A program made the position numbers and the translations under genes. Below the pieces are notes generated by a model that was not told the origin of the DNA, ran no database searches, and saw nothing but the letters and a program-made list of their open reading frames with translations. A stretch of DNA of 64,000 nt from an uncultured Gammaproteobacteria bacterium (GTDB lineage: Bacteria; Pseudomonadota; Gammaproteobacteria; Pseudomonadales; IMCC2047). Location of the stretch: NCBI GenBank assembly GCA_942492345.1, contig CALOEK010000001.1, forward strand, positions 89,758 through 153,757, read 5' to 3'. Shown here in pieces: positions 1-9,247 of the stretch. Each line of letters begins with the position of its first letter. The first letter of the stretch is position 1.

Positions 1-1677
1 AATGTGCCCGGTGTCACTGTTACCCAACAGGGCGGTAAGGGTGGTTTGACCTTTATTTCTTTACGTGGCGGCGAGCCTAACTTTACCGTTGTGATGATTG
101 ATGGTGTGAAAGTTAACGATATTATCAACTCACGCGGTGGTGGTTATGATTTTGTCGGCCTTGATCCGCTGTTGATTAAGAGTGTTGATGTTTACTTCGG
201 CGGACTGTCATCGGTGTACGGCTCCGAAGCGCTAGGTGGTGTTGTCAGTATTACCACGCTTAGCGAACAATACGAAACGCAGACGGTTACGCTGGAAGCT
301 GGCAGTGACGACCAGTCTGCTGGTGTTTTTCATATTGCTGCACCAATTGGTGTGGGTGCGGTTGTAAATGTTTCGGGAGCTTATCGTGATGGGGGTCACG
401 CGGTTAAGGGGGATTCGCTTGAACGTAGCCAGTTTAATTTCAAATTAAATTCACTCGCGGGCACGGATGTTGATTGGAAATTGAGCTTCTTTCATGCTGC
501 TGGAGATTCATCTTCTTTCCCGGAGGATAGTGGCGGCGATCAGCTGGCCGTTATTCGCGAAACTGAAAAACGCGAGTTTGAACAAAATAACGTTGGCGGT
601 TCGATTGGTTGGTCACTCAATGACTGGTGGCGAGTTGATATGTCGGCATCTCATAGTGTCCACGATGAAGAGCTTGATAACCCAGGCATTGCGGTGGGTA
701 TTTTAGCCGCTGTTCCTGCTGTGATAAGTGATTCTGAGTATCGAAATAGCCGTTTTAATATCACTAATACTCTAACGCTATCTGAAAAAACTAGTCTGGG
801 CATTGGCGCTGAATGGAGCAAGGAAAAAGGTCAGTTTGATAGCGTTATTGATTTTGGTGGACCGGTGTTGGCCAATTTTGATATTGAACGGAGTATTCGT
901 GCGGGGTTTGTGGAGTTAAACCACCAGGTTTCTGATGCCCTGAGTGTAACCGGTGGTATACGTCGAGATGACGCCGATGGTATAGAAGAAACGACTTACC
1001 GGTTTGCATCTCGATACCATATAGCGGCGACTGAAACTGACTTTCTGCTGCATTACGGTGAAGGTTTTAAACTGCCCAGTTTCTTTGCCCTGGGGCACCC
1101 CTTGGTCGGTAATACCGCACTGCAGCCTGAATTCAGTAAAAATGCGTCTTTTGGGGTTGAACAGGTGCTACTCGAAGATCAGCTAAAACTGACGGCGACT
1201 TATTTTTACAACCGCTTCACTAATTTAGTCGACTTTGATCCAATGCTGTTCACCAATGTAAACCGATCGAAAGTGGTAGCGCGGGGGCAAGAGATTAAAT
1301 TGACCTATATGCCGAACCAACAACTTCAAACATCCCTGTATGTGACCTCTACCGATTATTCTGCGGATGCGGGTGTTACCCTGAGGCGACGTCCCGATTG
1401 GACTGGTGGCGTTACGTTGAGGTGGCAACCGGAGGAAAATTATTATCTGAATGTACAGGCTAACTATGTTGACAGCTTTTTTGATAGCTCGGTGCGCACT
1501 GGCTTTATCAAAATGGCTGGCTATACCAAAGTTGATGGCACGCTGGGTTGGCAGTTAAGTGATGTCATCGGATTAAAATTTATTGTTAATAATGTATTTA
1601 ATAGCGGTTACGAGGAAACTGTTGGTTTTTCAAATCTTGGGCGGGAATTGCGTTTACAACTCAATGTCGCATTATAG
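1..1677 (+). CDS. TonB-dependent outer-membrane receptor (BtuB-like), 5' end cut by the window edge
   Basis: Frame 1 is open from base 1. Plug-domain signature ISLRGGEPNFTVVMIDGVKVND...VYGSEALGGVVSITT is followed by a long beta-barrel-type region. Confidence 0.85.
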   Translation, partial: NVPGVTVTQQGGKGGLTFISLRGGEPNFTVVMIDGVKVNDIINSRGGGYDFVGLDPLLIKSVDVYFGGLSSVYGSEALGGVVSITTLSEQYETQTVTLEAGSDDQSAGVFHIAAPIGVGAVVNVSGAYRDGGHAVKGDSLERSQFNFKLNSLAGTDVDWKLSFFHAAGDSSSFPEDSGGDQLAVIRETEKREFEQNNVGGSIGWSLNDWWRVDMSASHSVHDEELDNPGIAVGILAAVPAVISDSEYRNSRFNITNTLTLSEKTSLGIGAEWSKEKGQFDSVIDFGGPVLANFDIERSIRAGFVELNHQVSDALSVTGGIRRDDADGIEETTYRFASRYHIAATETDFLLHYGEGFKLPSFFALGHPLVGNTALQPEFSKNASFGVEQVLLEDQLKLTATYFYNRFTNLVDFDPMLFTNVNRSKVVARGQEIKLTYMPNQQLQTSLYVTSTDYSADAGVTLRRRPDWTGGVTLRWQPEENYYLNVQANYVDSFFDSSVRTGFIKMAGYTKVDGTLGWQLSDVIGLKFIVNNVFNSGYEETVGFSNLGRELRLQLNVAL

Positions 1678-1699
1678 ATAGTCGATAACTAAAACTACG

Positions 1700-3169
1700 G
1701 TGGGTTTTGCTGTGAATATTGGAAAAGTTACTTTTTTATTTTTGCTGTTATGTCTATTCCCACATGCGGAAGCTGCGAAGTGGAATGATGCGACAGCGAC
1801 AAGAGATTTTTACAATGCAGCGGCAAAATTACCTTGGGATAAAAAATTAGGTGATTGGACCGATGCCAAGGGTGAGGCGTGGGGACGTTCTCCATTTTCT
1901 GAAGTGACCGTTACTGTAGAACCTTACGAGGGTAAAGTCCGCATCGATGTTACTGCGCTTGTTAATCTATGGAAATCTCGCAATTTTGATACAGATGGTT
2001 TTTATTTACGCGGACTTGAAGGCTCCAGTGTTATTGAGTTCCATAGCCAACAATCTGGCGTTGAAGCGTTAAGGCCAAAATTAGTTGTATTGACTAGTTT
2101 TGATCGAGTTACTTTGAACCCTGTGCAAGATACCTATTTAAATTCGACGACTTATAAGCCATTGGGATCACAGGCTAAATTACAGGTAACGACGTCTACG
2201 CCAACTTTATTGGGCTTTGATTTTTCACAGTTGCCCGATGGTGAGTTGATTGAAAACGCGTATCTTGAATTGTCTATTCAGAAACTTTATCGACGAGACA
2301 AAATTAAAGTCGGTGTTTTTGAAATAACGCCAGCACCACAGACAAGCAAGCCTTCCGAGGTTAGGCAAGGAATAGCCTCTTCTTATTCTTGGGATGGTGG
2401 CATTGACGCTAATCCAGCGGTTTATTTTGCTAGTGATTTTGAATCACGCAACTGGAAAGATGGTTGGAGTGATGGCGGAAAAATGGGCAATGCCATCAAG
2501 TCGGATGAAAATATGTATGAGCCTTTTTCAGGTCGATCAATTTCTGCAACCATGGGTAAAGGTCAGAACCTTGCCCTAAACCAGCGTTTTAAATTTTCCG
2601 AAAATGGTATTTCTGAACCGGAACAAGCCTATTTTCGTTATTACCTCAGGCTTGGTGATAACTGGAATCAGGTGATGTCTGGAGGAAAAATGCCAGGCTT
2701 TGCCGGGACTTATAATACGGCTGGTTGGGGTAGTAGAAAGCCTAATGGCACAAATGGATGGTCAACTCGTGGTGCGTTTATTAAAACACTTCAACAGGGC
2801 GATAACAGAGTCACGCCGATGGGAAGCTATGTTTACCACTTGGGGCAAGGGGGTAATTATGGCAATACCTGGGCCTGGAACATGGGTAATGCTGCACTTT
2901 TGAAAAATAATATTTGGTACTGTATTGAACAGTTTGTTCAGTTAAATACACCAGGAGAAGCTGATGGCGTCTTGATAGCTTGGCTCGATGGGCGAAAAGT
3001 GTTTGAGCGAAAAAATCTCCAGTTTCGTACTAGCTATGCGCTTAAAATAGAAGAAGTATGGATGAATATTTATCATGGAGGGCTTGATCCCTCTCCGATT
3101 GAACAGACAGCATATATTGATAACTTTGTAGTAGCTAAAGACTATATTGGGCCGGTTAATAAAGAGTAA
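1700..3169 (+). CDS. Secreted protein: DNRLRE-like N-terminal domain plus concanavalin-fold polysaccharide-lyase-like C-terminal domain
   Basis: 489 aa with signal peptide VTFLFLLLCLFPHAEA. The N-terminal half shows DTYLNS...LLGFDFSQLPDGELIENAYLELSI. The C-terminal half shows GGKMPGFAG...GWSTRG...YVYH, typical of the PF14099-like lyase family. Assignment is from motif memory. GTG start; an alternative GTG lies at 1712. Confidence 0.6.
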   Translation: MGFAVNIGKVTFLFLLLCLFPHAEAAKWNDATATRDFYNAAAKLPWDKKLGDWTDAKGEAWGRSPFSEVTVTVEPYEGKVRIDVTALVNLWKSRNFDTDGFYLRGLEGSSVIEFHSQQSGVEALRPKLVVLTSFDRVTLNPVQDTYLNSTTYKPLGSQAKLQVTTSTPTLLGFDFSQLPDGELIENAYLELSIQKLYRRDKIKVGVFEITPAPQTSKPSEVRQGIASSYSWDGGIDANPAVYFASDFESRNWKDGWSDGGKMGNAIKSDENMYEPFSGRSISATMGKGQNLALNQRFKFSENGISEPEQAYFRYYLRLGDNWNQVMSGGKMPGFAGTYNTAGWGSRKPNGTNGWSTRGAFIKTLQQGDNRVTPMGSYVYHLGQGGNYGNTWAWNMGNAALLKNNIWYCIEQFVQLNTPGEADGVLIAWLDGRKVFERKNLQFRTSYALKIEEVWMNIYHGGLDPSPIEQTAYIDNFVVAKDYIGPVNKE

Positions 3170-3186
3170 TTATTTGGGTCGCCGCA

Positions 3187-4170
3187 CTAGGTAAAAGATA
3201 CTTTTTGAGTGTGGTTTAGGGCTAAGCGGAGTAAAAATTTATCTCTGGTATTATCCCATGGGGTAAATCGAGGTAGTTGTAAGGTATTAATACGATGCTT
3301 GCTTACGCCTGGTGATGTTGATACGGCTATTTTATAGCCGGCACTGGATACTATTTGGCTGTGTTCGGGTAAAAAATCTTTTCCAGGTTTGCCATTAGGA
3401 TAAGCAAAAGAAGTGATTTTTTGATCGAGAATTGCTTCTAATATTCTTTTGTTATGTTCAATCTCGTAGCGGGCATCATCTTCATTAAGGTTGGATAGAA
3501 TTGGGTGGTTGTGAGTGTGACCGCCGATTTCCATACCCTGATCATGTAAATGCCGAATTTCCTTGGTGGACATCATTTGTTGGCCAGGATTGGCTTTTGA
3601 CTCTTCAAATAAACGCGTGGCAATATTCGCGCGGTCAGTTTTCTCAATATATTTCAGTTTGTTAAGGATTGTTTGTGCGCTTTTGGCGCGATCCCCTTGT
3701 GTGTTTAAGGGTAGTTTTTCTAATGCTAGCTCAGAAATACAGATACTTTCGGATGGCCAGCTTCGAACGGCTTCTATTACTTGATCGTTCCACATCATGC
3801 CGCCTTCAATAAAAGCTGACGTACAAAAAAATGTGGCGGGCATTTGATGTGACTTAAGCAATGGCAGCGCTATTTCGGCATTATCGAGATAGCCATCGTC
3901 AAAGGTGATACACAAACTACGTTTAGGTAGTTTGTTGGCGAGCAGGGCCTCGGTCGCTTCTTGTAACGGTAAGACGTTAAAAACCCTTGAGACCCACTCC
4001 AAGTGCTGTTTAAAGCTCTGAGCATCGATTTCCCAGGGCCTTAGTGGGTCAGGCTCTGGAAGGACGCGGTGGTAAATAAGAATGTTAAGTTTTGAGCCAG
4101 ATAAGGATAAGGCATCAAATAAGCGGCGAAAAACAAAATCAGGGATCAGTTTAGACATTCTGTTCATCAA
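3187..4170 (-). CDS. Polysaccharide deacetylase (NodB family, PEP-CTERM-locus type)
   Basis: 327 aa with ITFDDGYLDN, LPLLKSHQMPATFF and HTHNHP motifs. It overlaps the upstream asnB-like gene by 20 nt. Confidence 0.8.
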   Translation of the reverse strand: MMNRMSKLIPDFVFRRLFDALSLSGSKLNILIYHRVLPEPDPLRPWEIDAQSFKQHLEWVSRVFNVLPLQEATEALLANKLPKRSLCITFDDGYLDNAEIALPLLKSHQMPATFFCTSAFIEGGMMWNDQVIEAVRSWPSESICISELALEKLPLNTQGDRAKSAQTILNKLKYIEKTDRANIATRLFEESKANPGQQMMSTKEIRHLHDQGMEIGGHTHNHPILSNLNEDDARYEIEHNKRILEAILDQKITSFAYPNGKPGKDFLPEHSQIVSSAGYKIAVSTSPGVSKHRINTLQLPRFTPWDNTRDKFLLRLALNHTQKVSFT

Positions 4171-5971
4171 TATTTTTTTGTAACCACAGCTCCAGCATCA
4201 TCATGATCCAGATGAGTTCACCATAGTAGGCTGCGTGTTCATTTGAGTGCATGTGGATCGCTTTTGTAATGAATTCTGGATTGAAGAGTTCACGTTTTTT
4301 CAAGCTTTCGAGACTATCATAGGCCAGTTTATTTAGTGGCTCATAATCGCTGAGCCAGACGCCAAAGGGTAACCCAAAGCCATGTTTGGATTTATTGAGC
4401 GTTTTGTCGTTGAGAAAGCCCTGCATTGCCTTTTTGAAGAAGTACCGAAGCTTCCTATCTCTTAACTTTAGAGTGGGAGGCACTTTGACAGATAGTTCGA
4501 GTAATTCGTCCGATAGTAAGGGGTATTCAACGTTTATGCCCGCAAGTTCGCACATGGTGCTGACTTTTCGTAAATCATTGTCAGCAAGTGTGAATTGCCA
4601 ATCCAGATAAAGCATACGATGAAGAGGTGATGCGTTATCAGGTTTTTGATATTGCTGCTTTTGAAGCTCTATCGGTAGTTGGGTATCCACTGCTTTTAAA
4701 AAATCAGTTGTAAATAACTCTTCAGGTGGATGTCTGTGTAAAAAGTTATAAACCTGCAGGCGCTCGGGTAGAGGGATATTAGCCTGTGAAACATAGCTTT
4801 TAATTTTTGATGATAGAGGGAGCCAGCTAGGCAGGTTCAGAAAAATCGGGTCAAAAACGTGTTTTCTTAATGTTGCAGGTAGAGTTAAGTAATATTGATA
4901 ATAATCCTGCGCAGCATAGCGTTCGTTACCTGCGAAGAGCTCGTCACCACCATCACCTGCCAGCATAGTTTTTACACCATCGTTGTTCGCAAATTTGGCG
5001 CAATAGTAGGACGGAACCGCTGAGGAATTACCGAAGGGCTCTTCATAGGTTTGAGCGATTTTCGGTACGATGTTGACGACATCATCAGGGGTGACACTGT
5101 GCTCATGGAGCTTGGCACCAAAATGCTCAGCGGTAATTCTGGCAAAGGGCGTTTCATCATATTGTTCAGCGTCAAAACCAATACAATAGCTGTTAGTGGC
5201 TTCTGTCTGAAGACGGGACATCATGCCAACGACGGTTGAACTGTCGATACCGCCACTTAGAAATGCCGCACTTTTATTTTCAGTTGCTAAAGCTGACGCC
5301 ACAGACTCTTCAATTGTGACGAGGAGCTGCTCGGATAAATCTTGTTCATTGTTGCTATCCTCTTCTACAAAGTTGGGTATCCAAAAGGGCGTCAGTGTCA
5401 CCGATATTTCATCAAATGACAGAGTCTGTGCAGGCGGTAATTTTTGGATGTTCTCATAGATGCTGAGAGGTGTTGGCACCATATGGAAGTACATATAGCT
5501 GTAGATAGCGTTGCTAGAAACTTTAAAGTCGGACTTACATAGCGCTTTAATGTGTCTAAGACTGCTGCTAAATACTAGGTCGCCAGTAGCAGTTTGGTGC
5601 CAATAAAGCCTATGAGCACCAATACGATCTGTGGCAAGTAAGCAATTACCATTCGCCGTATTGATGACCGCTAACGCAAAATGTCCTTTGATATGATTGA
5701 GTACGTTACTGCCATTCTCATAGTAATCATCGATAACTTTTTGTCGTATTAACGGCTCTGCTAGCTTGTTTGTTGGATTGTTTTCTTGCCAATAAGGGTG
5801 TCCCACAAAAGCAACAATTAACTCTTGGTGCTGATAGAGGTGAGCTGACTCATGAGCAATAAAAGCAGTGTCGGTTTGAAAACAGGCATTACTTTTAGAC
5901 GTGTCTTTTAACGACAAATTGTAATTTGTTGTGTCTAAATTTTTAGACACAATGCCAGAAATACTAGCCAC
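4151..5971 (-). CDS. Asparagine-synthase-family protein lacking the N-terminal Cys nucleophile
   Basis: 606 aa. The AsnB-type core has TDRIGAHRLYW and an intact PP-loop AFLSGGIDSS. GTG start with an in-frame TAA two codons upstream. The N-terminus reads MASISGIV rather than MCGI. Confidence 0.8.
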   Translation of the reverse strand: MASISGIVSKNLDTTNYNLSLKDTSKSNACFQTDTAFIAHESAHLYQHQELIVAFVGHPYWQENNPTNKLAEPLIRQKVIDDYYENGSNVLNHIKGHFALAVINTANGNCLLATDRIGAHRLYWHQTATGDLVFSSSLRHIKALCKSDFKVSSNAIYSYMYFHMVPTPLSIYENIQKLPPAQTLSFDEISVTLTPFWIPNFVEEDSNNEQDLSEQLLVTIEESVASALATENKSAAFLSGGIDSSTVVGMMSRLQTEATNSYCIGFDAEQYDETPFARITAEHFGAKLHEHSVTPDDVVNIVPKIAQTYEEPFGNSSAVPSYYCAKFANNDGVKTMLAGDGGDELFAGNERYAAQDYYQYYLTLPATLRKHVFDPIFLNLPSWLPLSSKIKSYVSQANIPLPERLQVYNFLHRHPPEELFTTDFLKAVDTQLPIELQKQQYQKPDNASPLHRMLYLDWQFTLADNDLRKVSTMCELAGINVEYPLLSDELLELSVKVPPTLKLRDRKLRYFFKKAMQGFLNDKTLNKSKHGFGLPFGVWLSDYEPLNKLAYDSLESLKKRELFNPEFITKAIHMHSNEHAAYYGELIWIMMMLELWLQKNIDEQNV

Positions 5972-5997
5972 GAATTAGATTCCTTTTTAATAGCCAG

Positions 5998-6720
5998 TTA
6001 ACTGGATGACCACTGATTAGCTGCTTTGAGTTTATTTATTAGCGTTGGTTTTTTAAAGCCAGCCTCTTTGGCTAACTTGGCATTTGCTGCCGCGCCGGAA
6101 AAATCCTTCATTTTAAATTGCAGCATGCCCAAACTATAGTAAATATCTCCGGGAACGGGTTTGTAACTTACAGCTTGCTGATAAACTTTGAGTGCCATGT
6201 CCAACTTTTTTTGTTTCTTTAAATAATGAGCATAGAGCTGATAAACACGGTGGTCATTAGGTTTAAGCTTTAAAGCTCGTTGGAAATAACATTCAGGAGT
6301 ACCAAATTTTGTTTTGTTTTTTGTCTGTAGTTGGTATCTCATCATTGCGTAGAGAGCACGATGGTGGTTAGGGAATGCGCGTAACGTGTAGTCTATATCT
6401 CCATCGGGCTCAGTTGCAGTTCTACCTTTTTTTAGCGTTTCAATATCTTTTGTGAAGTGGGCTGACTCAACAAGGAGCAGAGAGTTTCCCCTGTGCGCGG
6501 GGTTTGTATAATCGAAAGGGCCGAATTTTGATTTTTTTGAATAATTTGCGTTACACGCGATACCAGATAATGTGAGCCCTGGCCAGCCTGGTTCTGGGAG
6601 AGACTTGGCTGATGACATTGGTCCTACAGCATATGAGGACGCACTCAATACAATTATGTAGAATGTAATTATTGCTTTAAAACACTGGTTTTGGGTTAGG
6701 CTCAATTTTAAGACTTTCAT
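5998..6720 (-). CDS. Periplasmic TPR-repeat protein
   Basis: 240 aa with an N-terminal hydrophobic signal (IITFYIIVLSASSYA). C-terminal TPR-like repeats: YFQRALKLKPNDHRVYQLYAHYL...ALKVYQQAVSYKP. Confidence 0.65.
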   Translation of the reverse strand: MKVLKLSLTQNQCFKAIITFYIIVLSASSYAVGPMSSAKSLPEPGWPGLTLSGIACNANYSKKSKFGPFDYTNPAHRGNSLLLVESAHFTKDIETLKKGRTATEPDGDIDYTLRAFPNHHRALYAMMRYQLQTKNKTKFGTPECYFQRALKLKPNDHRVYQLYAHYLKKQKKLDMALKVYQQAVSYKPVPGDIYYSLGMLQFKMKDFSGAAANAKLAKEAGFKKPTLINKLKAANQWSSS

Positions 6721-6809
6721 CTTCGAGCTCCTCTCATCCTTTTTTATTAAAACTTACACGAAGATAATAATGTGTATTTTGATTTGTTTGTATGTGATTA
6801 ATTAAAAAG

Positions 6810-8033
6810 TTAACTGCACGCCGCAATGATTTCTTTAAGTATCCAAGTTATTTCTGTGTTAGTTAGTTCCTGATGACAAGGGAATTGTATGACTTTTTGT
6901 GAGTATTCATAGCTAACTGGGCAGGTTGTGGGTTTAACCTGCGAGTCAAGAAATTCTCCAAAGTGCCAGATAGGAATACCTTTTCGTTTCAGAGCAGTAA
7001 AAACTCTTGCGCAGTCGTCAAAGTATATTGGTACCACAAGGGGTACAGTATGCTCTGCTAACTCTGAGTGTAAGAGATGGCAACCATTTATGTTTTTCAA
7101 TGCATCGACATAGCATTGATAAATCTCTCTGCGTTTTTTTACTAGTTCTGCGTTGTTAGTGTTATTGATGATATATCGACTTACTTTAGTTGCTTTAGTA
7201 TTCAACCAGGCAGGATCAAATGAAAAGCCGCCTTCCGCAGCGCTGGGGCCAATAGAAATTGCACTCCTATGTTTTAGAAAAATGGCTTTTACTGCACTCC
7301 AGATAAAGTCTTTTATTTTTGCAAAAATACCCAAAATTTTGCCAAGCAATGATAAACGCCCAAATGCTACAGCACGTTCAAGGACTGAGAAAACTGCTTT
7401 TATTTCAAAGTGGAGACTTGGTTTCTCAAGTGGGATGTGATTTAAATTGTGGACGTTAGAAGCGAGAACTCCTCCATCGAAGACAGGGAAAAACTTCATG
7501 GTACTGGCAATCGCGTAATCGGCGTAATAGCCCACCGGTTTTCCACTAGACTCCCCAAAAAAGCTATGAGCACAATCCTCTATTAATATTAAATTGTGAT
7601 TGTCACAGAAACTTCTCATTTTTTTTGTGTCTTGGGGGAAGCCAAAAAAATGGGTCAGAATAATGGCTCGTGTTTTTTCTGTTAAAAGTGATGAGATTGA
7701 TTCAATATCAATCATTGTGTCAGATTTGATTCGATAGAAAACAGCCTCAGCGCCGGTATGTCGAATCGGAGCGACCATTGATTCACAATGGTAGGTTGGC
7801 ACAAGAACTTCATCACCTGATCCTATGCGTTCGTTTATCAGCGCAAGAGCTATAGCAATACGACCACTGGTAACAAAACGTTTATATTTTGCGTTACCAA
7901 TAGAAGGTGGTGATTTATCAGCCAGTCCAGAAAAACAGGAAAATGAGAAGACGGGTGAGATGGGGGCTAACGCAGGAGGGTAGTTGCTAGTTTTTTTCTC
8001 ATATGTGCTGTCGTTGTCTTTGGTCATGTCCAT
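6810..8033 (-). CDS. DegT/DnrJ/EryC1/StrS-family PLP-dependent sugar aminotransferase
   Basis: 407 aa. Family pattern TSGRIAIALAL...VPTYHCESMVAPI...IEDCAHSF...ASTMKFFP, with a candidate PLP lysine. It has a ~50-aa N-terminal extension. Confidence 0.7.
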   Translation of the reverse strand: MDMTKDNDSTYEKKTSNYPPALAPISPVFSFSCFSGLADKSPPSIGNAKYKRFVTSGRIAIALALINERIGSGDEVLVPTYHCESMVAPIRHTGAEAVFYRIKSDTMIDIESISSLLTEKTRAIILTHFFGFPQDTKKMRSFCDNHNLILIEDCAHSFFGESSGKPVGYYADYAIASTMKFFPVFDGGVLASNVHNLNHIPLEKPSLHFEIKAVFSVLERAVAFGRLSLLGKILGIFAKIKDFIWSAVKAIFLKHRSAISIGPSAAEGGFSFDPAWLNTKATKVSRYIINNTNNAELVKKRREIYQCYVDALKNINGCHLLHSELAEHTVPLVVPIYFDDCARVFTALKRKGIPIWHFGEFLDSQVKPTTCPVSYEYSQKVIQFPCHQELTNTEITWILKEIIAACS

Positions 8034-8149
8034 TATTGGGTATAATCGCTTCCCGTCGCAGAATTTATGTGCGTCTAAGTATAAGTTAATTTCCGATAAA
8101 TGATTTAAATATTGTTGCTATTGTCGTTAGCGCCGCAAGGAATCTGTTT

Positions 8150-8389
8150 ATGTCTGTCCAAAGTGATGTTATTGAAGTGTTAGTTGATACTCTAAGTTTA
8201 CCTGAGGGGCAGCTAGATGAAAGCTCCGTATTGTTAGGGGCTATCCCTGAATTTGATTCGATGGCCGTTGTATCCGTGTTAACGGCACTGGAAGAGCAGT
8301 ATGGCTTTATGGTCGATGATGATGAAATTGATGCCTCAATTTTTGAATCTGTAGCAAGCTTGATTGATTTTGTGAACGCGAAAGTTTAA
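8150..8389 (+). CDS. Acyl carrier protein (exosortase-A-locus type)
   Basis: 79 aa and acidic, with the phosphopantetheine-attachment motif EFDSMAVVSVLTALEE. Confidence 0.85.
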   Translation: MSVQSDVIEVLVDTLSLPEGQLDESSVLLGAIPEFDSMAVVSVLTALEEQYGFMVDDDEIDASIFESVASLIDFVNAKV

Positions 8390-8407
8390 AGAATTAAATC
8401 AAGTATT

Positions 8408-9235
8408 GTGAGTGATGTGATGCAGCCAAACTTTTTAGCTGGTGGTGTAGGAAAGCTTTTTACCCTTTATTTTCCTTCTGAATGTACACAGTGTAAGGGT
8501 GCTATTTTACATGTGCCTGCTTTTGCTGAAGAAATGAATAAGTCTCGGCACATGGTGGTTAAGCAAGCTCGTGAAATGGCCCGAAATGGCCACAGTGTTT
8601 TGATTGTTGATTTATATGGAACTGGCGATAGTGAAGGTGAATTTGCAGAGGCTAGCTGGGATATTTGGGTAGAGGATGTGCTCCTCTTGGTAGATTGGCT
8701 GGTGCAGAATGCCAGTCCGAATATAACACTTTGGGGGCTTCGTCTTGGTGGTTTGTTAGCGGTGGTTTGTGCCCAACAAAATAGTTTCATTCGGAAGCTT
8801 CTGTTATGGCAGCCAGTTATCAGCGGTGAGCAATTTATGCAGCAGTTTTTACGCTTAAGGATTGCAGCCAGTATTATGGGCAATAGTGAAAAGGAAACAG
8901 TAAAATCGCTTAAAGCTATTTTAGAGAAAGGTGAACTACTAGAAGTTGCAGGTTACGAGCTGCCCCCGACATTATTCTCATCAATTGCTAACACAAATAT
9001 GAGTACATTGGATGTGACAGGTTTGAAGAGTGCGGGCTGGTTTGAAGTAAATAGCAGCGCGAAGTCTTTAACCGTACCCAGCCAAAAGTTAGTGGCACAC
9101 TGGCAGGACGACTTCCATCTTCCTGTTACATCTCAAACTGTGGAAGGTAAACAGTTCTGGTCTAATCAGGAAATTGTGTGGGCCGAGAATCTTATTATCC
9201 AAACGAATCTTTTATTGTCAGCCCCAATCGCCTGA
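8408..9235 (+). CDS. Alpha/beta-fold protein, 'hydrolase 2, exosortase A system-associated' type
   Basis: 275 aa with AILHVPAFAEEMNKSRH...LIVDLYGTGDSEGEF. The nucleophile-elbow position reads LWGLRLGGLLA (Arg where Ser is expected). GTG start; an alternative ATG lies at 8420. Confidence 0.75.
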   Translation: MSDVMQPNFLAGGVGKLFTLYFPSECTQCKGAILHVPAFAEEMNKSRHMVVKQAREMARNGHSVLIVDLYGTGDSEGEFAEASWDIWVEDVLLLVDWLVQNASPNITLWGLRLGGLLAVVCAQQNSFIRKLLLWQPVISGEQFMQQFLRLRIAASIMGNSEKETVKSLKAILEKGELLEVAGYELPPTLFSSIANTNMSTLDVTGLKSAGWFEVNSSAKSLTVPSQKLVAHWQDDFHLPVTSQTVEGKQFWSNQEIVWAENLIIQTNLLLSAPIA

Positions 9236-9247
9236 TGAGTCATCAAT

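Noticed and set aside
8034-8149. A perfect TATAAT hexamer (about 8043-8048) as the promoter of the ACP operon
   Set aside because: It lies only ~10 nt from the divergent aminotransferase start codon. I could not find a -35 element at acceptable spacing. In such AT-rich sequence a TATAAT match is expected by chance, so it is not reported as a feature.
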